DNA from: Gemmatimonadales bacterium
GTDB taxonomy: Bacteria; Gemmatimonadota; Gemmatimonadetes; Gemmatimonadales; GWC2-71-9
Assembly (NCBI GenBank): GCA_041612035.1
Contig: JBFILX010000001.1
Span: forward strand, 1 to 36,747
Direction of reading: 5' to 3'
DNA: 36,747 nucleotides
Shown here: positions 33,895 to 36,747 of the stretch, piece by piece
Layout: every line of letters begins with the position of its first letter
Position numbering within the stretch: the first letter of the stretch is position 1
The notes under the pieces: model-generated
Databases searched by the model: none
What the model saw: only the letters and a program-made list of their open reading frames with translations
Told to the model about the DNA's origin: nothing
Position numbers and translations under genes: made by a program

Positions 33895-34353
33895 GTGGCG
33901 TCCGCCCCCATGCTGGTCGTGGAACGCCTGCCCGGGCGACCGGGTGAGGACGTCGAGGCCACCCTGCTGCTCCGGCTTCCGAGCGACATCGCCCTGGTCG
34001 ATCCGGCCGCCGACCTGATGGTCCGGCACTGCTTCCTGGAGCGGCCGCCGGAGCGCCGGACCGCGTTCCGGGTCCGCGTGGTGGTGGCGGAGGCGGTCAC
34101 CAACGCCATCGAGTGCGGCAACGGCTGCGATCCCCGCAAGGCGGTCGCCATCCGCGCGGAGCTGCACCGCGACCGCATCCGCATCTCGGTCAGCGACGAG
34201 GGCCCGGGGTTCGACCCCAGCCGGGTGCCCGACCCCCGGGACCGCGTGGAGAGCCCCTGCGGGCGGGGGCTGTTCATCATCCATCACCTGGCCGACCAGG
34301 TCGAGTTCAACGAGAAGGGGAACACCATCTGGATGACGCTCCCGCGCTGGTAA
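33895..34353 (+). CDS. anti-sigma-type serine protein kinase (SpoIIAB/RsbW-like, HATPase_c)
   Basis: N box EAVTNAIECG, G1 DEGPGF and G2 GRGLFII in about 150 aa. Start is GTG 33895 or ATG 33910. Confidence 0.85.
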   Translation: MASAPMLVVERLPGRPGEDVEATLLLRLPSDIALVDPAADLMVRHCFLERPPERRTAFRVRVVVAEAVTNAIECGNGCDPRKAVAIRAELHRDRIRISVSDEGPGFDPSRVPDPRDRVESPCGRGLFIIHHLADQVEFNEKGNTIWMTLPRW

Positions 34354-34409
34354 CCCGGCTGGCGCCGGTCCTCGAGCTGCTGGGCACGCTCACCCGGTCG
34401 AACCTGCGG

Positions 34410-35924
34410 TTGTGGCACGCGCGGGACGGCCGGCTGCGCGTGAGCTGCGGCGACGACCCCGGCTGGACCCTCGACCTGCCCGCGGTCGAAGGGCAGGTGA
34501 CCACGCCGGCCGGTCCGGCCTGGCTCACCCGGGTGCCCGAGGCGGACGGGGTCTGGCTCGAGGTGTCGGGGGAGGAAGGGCCGCTGGGGACCCCGCGCGC
34601 CGCGCTGGCCGCGCCCCTGCTGGAACGGGTGCTGTCGGCGGAGCGGGACGCGGCCCGGCTGTGGGACGAACTCACGGTCCGCTACGCGGAGATCGACCTC
34701 CTCTACGTCATCAGCGAGATCCTGGGCCACACCCTCCGGCTGGAGGAGGCGGCCCGCACGATCATCCGGCAGGTGAGCCGCGTGGTGGGCGCCCGCCGGG
34801 CCTCGATCATGGTGGTCGACGAGACGACCGGCGACCTGCGGGTGGTCGCGGCGCAGGGGTTCGACCGGGAGCAGGCGCCCCCGATTCCCGCCGACGACCC
34901 CGACTCGGTGGCGGCCCGCGCCTTTCGGGAGCAGCGCCTCGTCGCGGGCGAGGGCCGGCCGGCCGGCGGGGGCCGTCGCGGACAGCACCCGGGCTACCAG
35001 GGCACGGCCTACCTGAGCGTGCCCATCACCTACGCGGCGCCGGGCGCCACCGCCCGCTGCATCGGGGTCATCAACCTCACCGACTCGCTCGACGGCGACC
35101 GGTTCTCCCCGCGCGACCGCAAGCTCGTCACGGCCGTGGCGAGCCAGATCGGCGCGGCCATCGAGAACGGGCGGCTCGCGGCCCGGGAACGCGAGCGGCA
35201 GCGGCTGCGGCAGGAACTGGAGGTCGCCCACGACCTGCAGCAGAAGCTGCTCCCCGAGCCCGGGGTGCTGCAGGGCGAGGCGCGGGTGGCGGTGCGCTGT
35301 CTCCCGGTGTCGTCGGTGGGGGGCGACTTCTTCACCTTCCTCCGCCTGGGCCCCGGCCGGGTCGGGGTGATGGTCGGGGACGTCTCCTCCCACGGCCTGT
35401 CCGCCGCCCTGGTCATGGCGCTGGTCCTCGCCGCCGCGGGCATCCACACCGCCGCCGCCGTGGGCCCCGCGGAGACCCTGCGGCTGCTGCGCGAAAGCCT
35501 GGTGGCCAAGCTGTCCGAGACCGAGATGTTCGTGTCCGTCTTCTATGCCGTGCTGGACCGGGACCGGCGCGTCCTCTGCTACGCCAACGCCGGCCACCCG
35601 CACGCCTACCGGATCGGTGCCGACGGCACCGCCGAACGGCTCGAGGCCACCGCGCCCCCGCTCGGCCTGGGCGCCGGCGCGAAGATCGACCAGCGCGAAC
35701 TCCCCTGGGACCCGGACGGCGACCTGCTCGCGGTATGGACCGACGGCCTGGTGGACGCCGCCGACGCGGCCGGCCAGCGCTACGGCGAGGCGCGGGTGGT
35801 CGAGGGGATCGTCGCCCGCCGCGCCACCCCGCTCGACCAGCTGGTCGAGCAGGTGAGCGGAGAGGTCGAGGCGTTCAGCGAGGCCCCGGAGGACGACCGC
35901 ACCCTGCTCGCCCTCCGGTTCTGA
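34410..35924 (+). CDS. GAF-domain PP2C (SpoIIE/RsbU-type) serine phosphatase; start uncertain
   Basis: The GAF region runs from IDLLYVISEILG to CIGVINLTD. PP2C motifs are VGGDFFTF, GDVSSHGLSAAL, NAGHP, WTDGLVDA and DDRTLLAL. The first canonical in-frame starts after the kinase stop are TTG 34410 and GTG 34440, but coding-like sequence in this frame extends upstream to at least CTG 34347. Confidence 0.88.
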   Translation: MWHARDGRLRVSCGDDPGWTLDLPAVEGQVTTPAGPAWLTRVPEADGVWLEVSGEEGPLGTPRAALAAPLLERVLSAERDAARLWDELTVRYAEIDLLYVISEILGHTLRLEEAARTIIRQVSRVVGARRASIMVVDETTGDLRVVAAQGFDREQAPPIPADDPDSVAARAFREQRLVAGEGRPAGGGRRGQHPGYQGTAYLSVPITYAAPGATARCIGVINLTDSLDGDRFSPRDRKLVTAVASQIGAAIENGRLAARERERQRLRQELEVAHDLQQKLLPEPGVLQGEARVAVRCLPVSSVGGDFFTFLRLGPGRVGVMVGDVSSHGLSAALVMALVLAAAGIHTAAAVGPAETLRLLRESLVAKLSETEMFVSVFYAVLDRDRRVLCYANAGHPHAYRIGADGTAERLEATAPPLGLGAGAKIDQRELPWDPDGDLLAVWTDGLVDAADAAGQRYGEARVVEGIVARRATPLDQLVEQVSGEVEAFSEAPEDDRTLLALRF

Positions 35925-36731
35925 GTGGGGCACCCCAAGCGGCGCTTCGGACAGCACTTCCTCACCAATCCGCGGCTGCTGGACCGGATCGCCGAGGCGC
36001 TCGATCCCGCGCCCGGCGACCGGACCCTCGAGATCGGCCCGGGGCGGGGGAGTCTCACCGAGGCCCTGCTGCGGCGCGGCGCCCGGGTGACGGCCATCGA
36101 GATCGATCGGGACCTCGTGCCGGGGCTGCGGGCCCGGTTCCCGGAGGTCACCGTGGTCGAGGGTGACGTGCTGGAGGTGGACTGGGCCGCCGTGCTTGGG
36201 AGCGAAGGGGACGGCGGCTACCTCCTCACCGGCAACATCCCCTACAACATCACCTCCCCGATCCTCGACCGGGCGCTCCAGCCGCCGCGGCCGCGCCGGA
36301 TCGTCTTCCTGGTGCAGCGCGAGGTGGCCGACCGGGTCACCGCCGCGCCCGGGTCGGGGACCTACGGGTCGCTGACCGTCGGCGTGGGGGCGGTCGCGAG
36401 CGCGGAGCGGCTCTTCGTCGTGCCCGCCGGCGCCTTCACCCCGCCGCCCAGGGTGGACTCCGCGGTGATCCGCCTGGTGCCCCGGCCCGAGCCCCTGGTG
36501 AGCGACGCGGCACTACCCGGCTTCCGCCGCCTGGTGACCGGTCTCTTCGGGCTCCGCCGCAAGCAGCTGGTGCGCGGGGTGCGCCAGCTCACCGGATGGG
36601 ACGCCCAGCGGGCCCTCCAGCTGCTCGCGCGACTGGGGCTCACCCCGACGGCCCGGCCCGAGACCCTCGCGCCGGCGGACTTCGTCGCCCTGCACCGCGG
36701 ACTCGTTGACGAGGGGTGGCAGGCGCGCTAG
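35925..36731 (+). CDS. rsmA: 16S rRNA (adenine1518/1519-N6)-dimethyltransferase RsmA/KsgA
   Basis: KRRFGQHFL, the SAM motif LEIGPGRGSLT, GNIPYNITSPI and FTPPPRVDSAV. The GTG start directly abuts the upstream stop. Confidence 0.95.
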   Translation: MGHPKRRFGQHFLTNPRLLDRIAEALDPAPGDRTLEIGPGRGSLTEALLRRGARVTAIEIDRDLVPGLRARFPEVTVVEGDVLEVDWAAVLGSEGDGGYLLTGNIPYNITSPILDRALQPPRPRRIVFLVQREVADRVTAAPGSGTYGSLTVGVGAVASAERLFVVPAGAFTPPPRVDSAVIRLVPRPEPLVSDAALPGFRRLVTGLFGLRRKQLVRGVRQLTGWDAQRALQLLARLGLTPTARPETLAPADFVALHRGLVDEGWQAR

Positions 36732-36747
36732 CTTTGTGAAATCTTTC

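Noticed and set aside
36729-36747. TAGCTTTG plus an AT-rich tail after the rsmA stop as a promoter for the next gene.
   Set aside because: The window ends 11 nt later, so no downstream start codon or -35 context can be evaluated. It is noted only as another instance of the octamer.
1-36747. CRISPR arrays, rRNA genes, tandem repeats longer than about 12 nt, toxin-antitoxin pairs, restriction-modification or other defence genes.
   Set aside because: None was detected on reading through the sequence. All sizeable ORFs with coherent protein-like translations are accounted for by housekeeping or envelope functions listed above.

Overview
High-GC bacterial chromosomal core region (well above 65-70 % GC by eye), almost entirely coding. 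I call 36 protein genes and 2 tRNAs. Two long plus-strand arrays of housekeeping genes (partial alaS to a Gfo/Idh/MocA oxidoreductase, 2-10712; asparaginase to rsmA, 15816-36731) flank a 5-kb mixed-orientation segment. That segment holds a GT4 glycosyltransferase, tRNA-CAT, a 559-aa unknown exported protein, tRNA-Val, a small membrane protein and the heptose kinase hldA. Gene packing is extreme: 17 same-strand junctions are 4-nt ATGA/GTGA stop/start overlaps. I found no CRISPR array, rRNA, transposase, integrase, phage gene or recognisable defence gene, and no duplicated tRNA 3' ends. I do not see a clear-cut novel multi-gene system; this looks mostly like ordinary core genome. The items most worth a second look are: (i) an orphan STAS / anti-sigma-type kinase / GAF-PP2C partner-switching module with no sigma factor nearby; (ii) a translationally coupled PHP-phosphatase-GmhA-SDR trio with a kinase-only hldA 10 kb away; (iii) a structured, partly AT-rich 290-nt spacer upstream of tRNA-Val, and a repeat-containing leader downstream of it; (iv) recurrent TAnnnT -10-like hexamers 6-9 nt upstream of start codons that lack Shine-Dalgarno sequences, suggesting leaderless operon-first genes; (v) Firmicute-like hemW-hrcA-dnaJ-prmA-rsmE synteny lacking grpE-dnaK and CIRCE. 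The many long antisense or out-of-frame ORFs in the track are high-GC artefacts.
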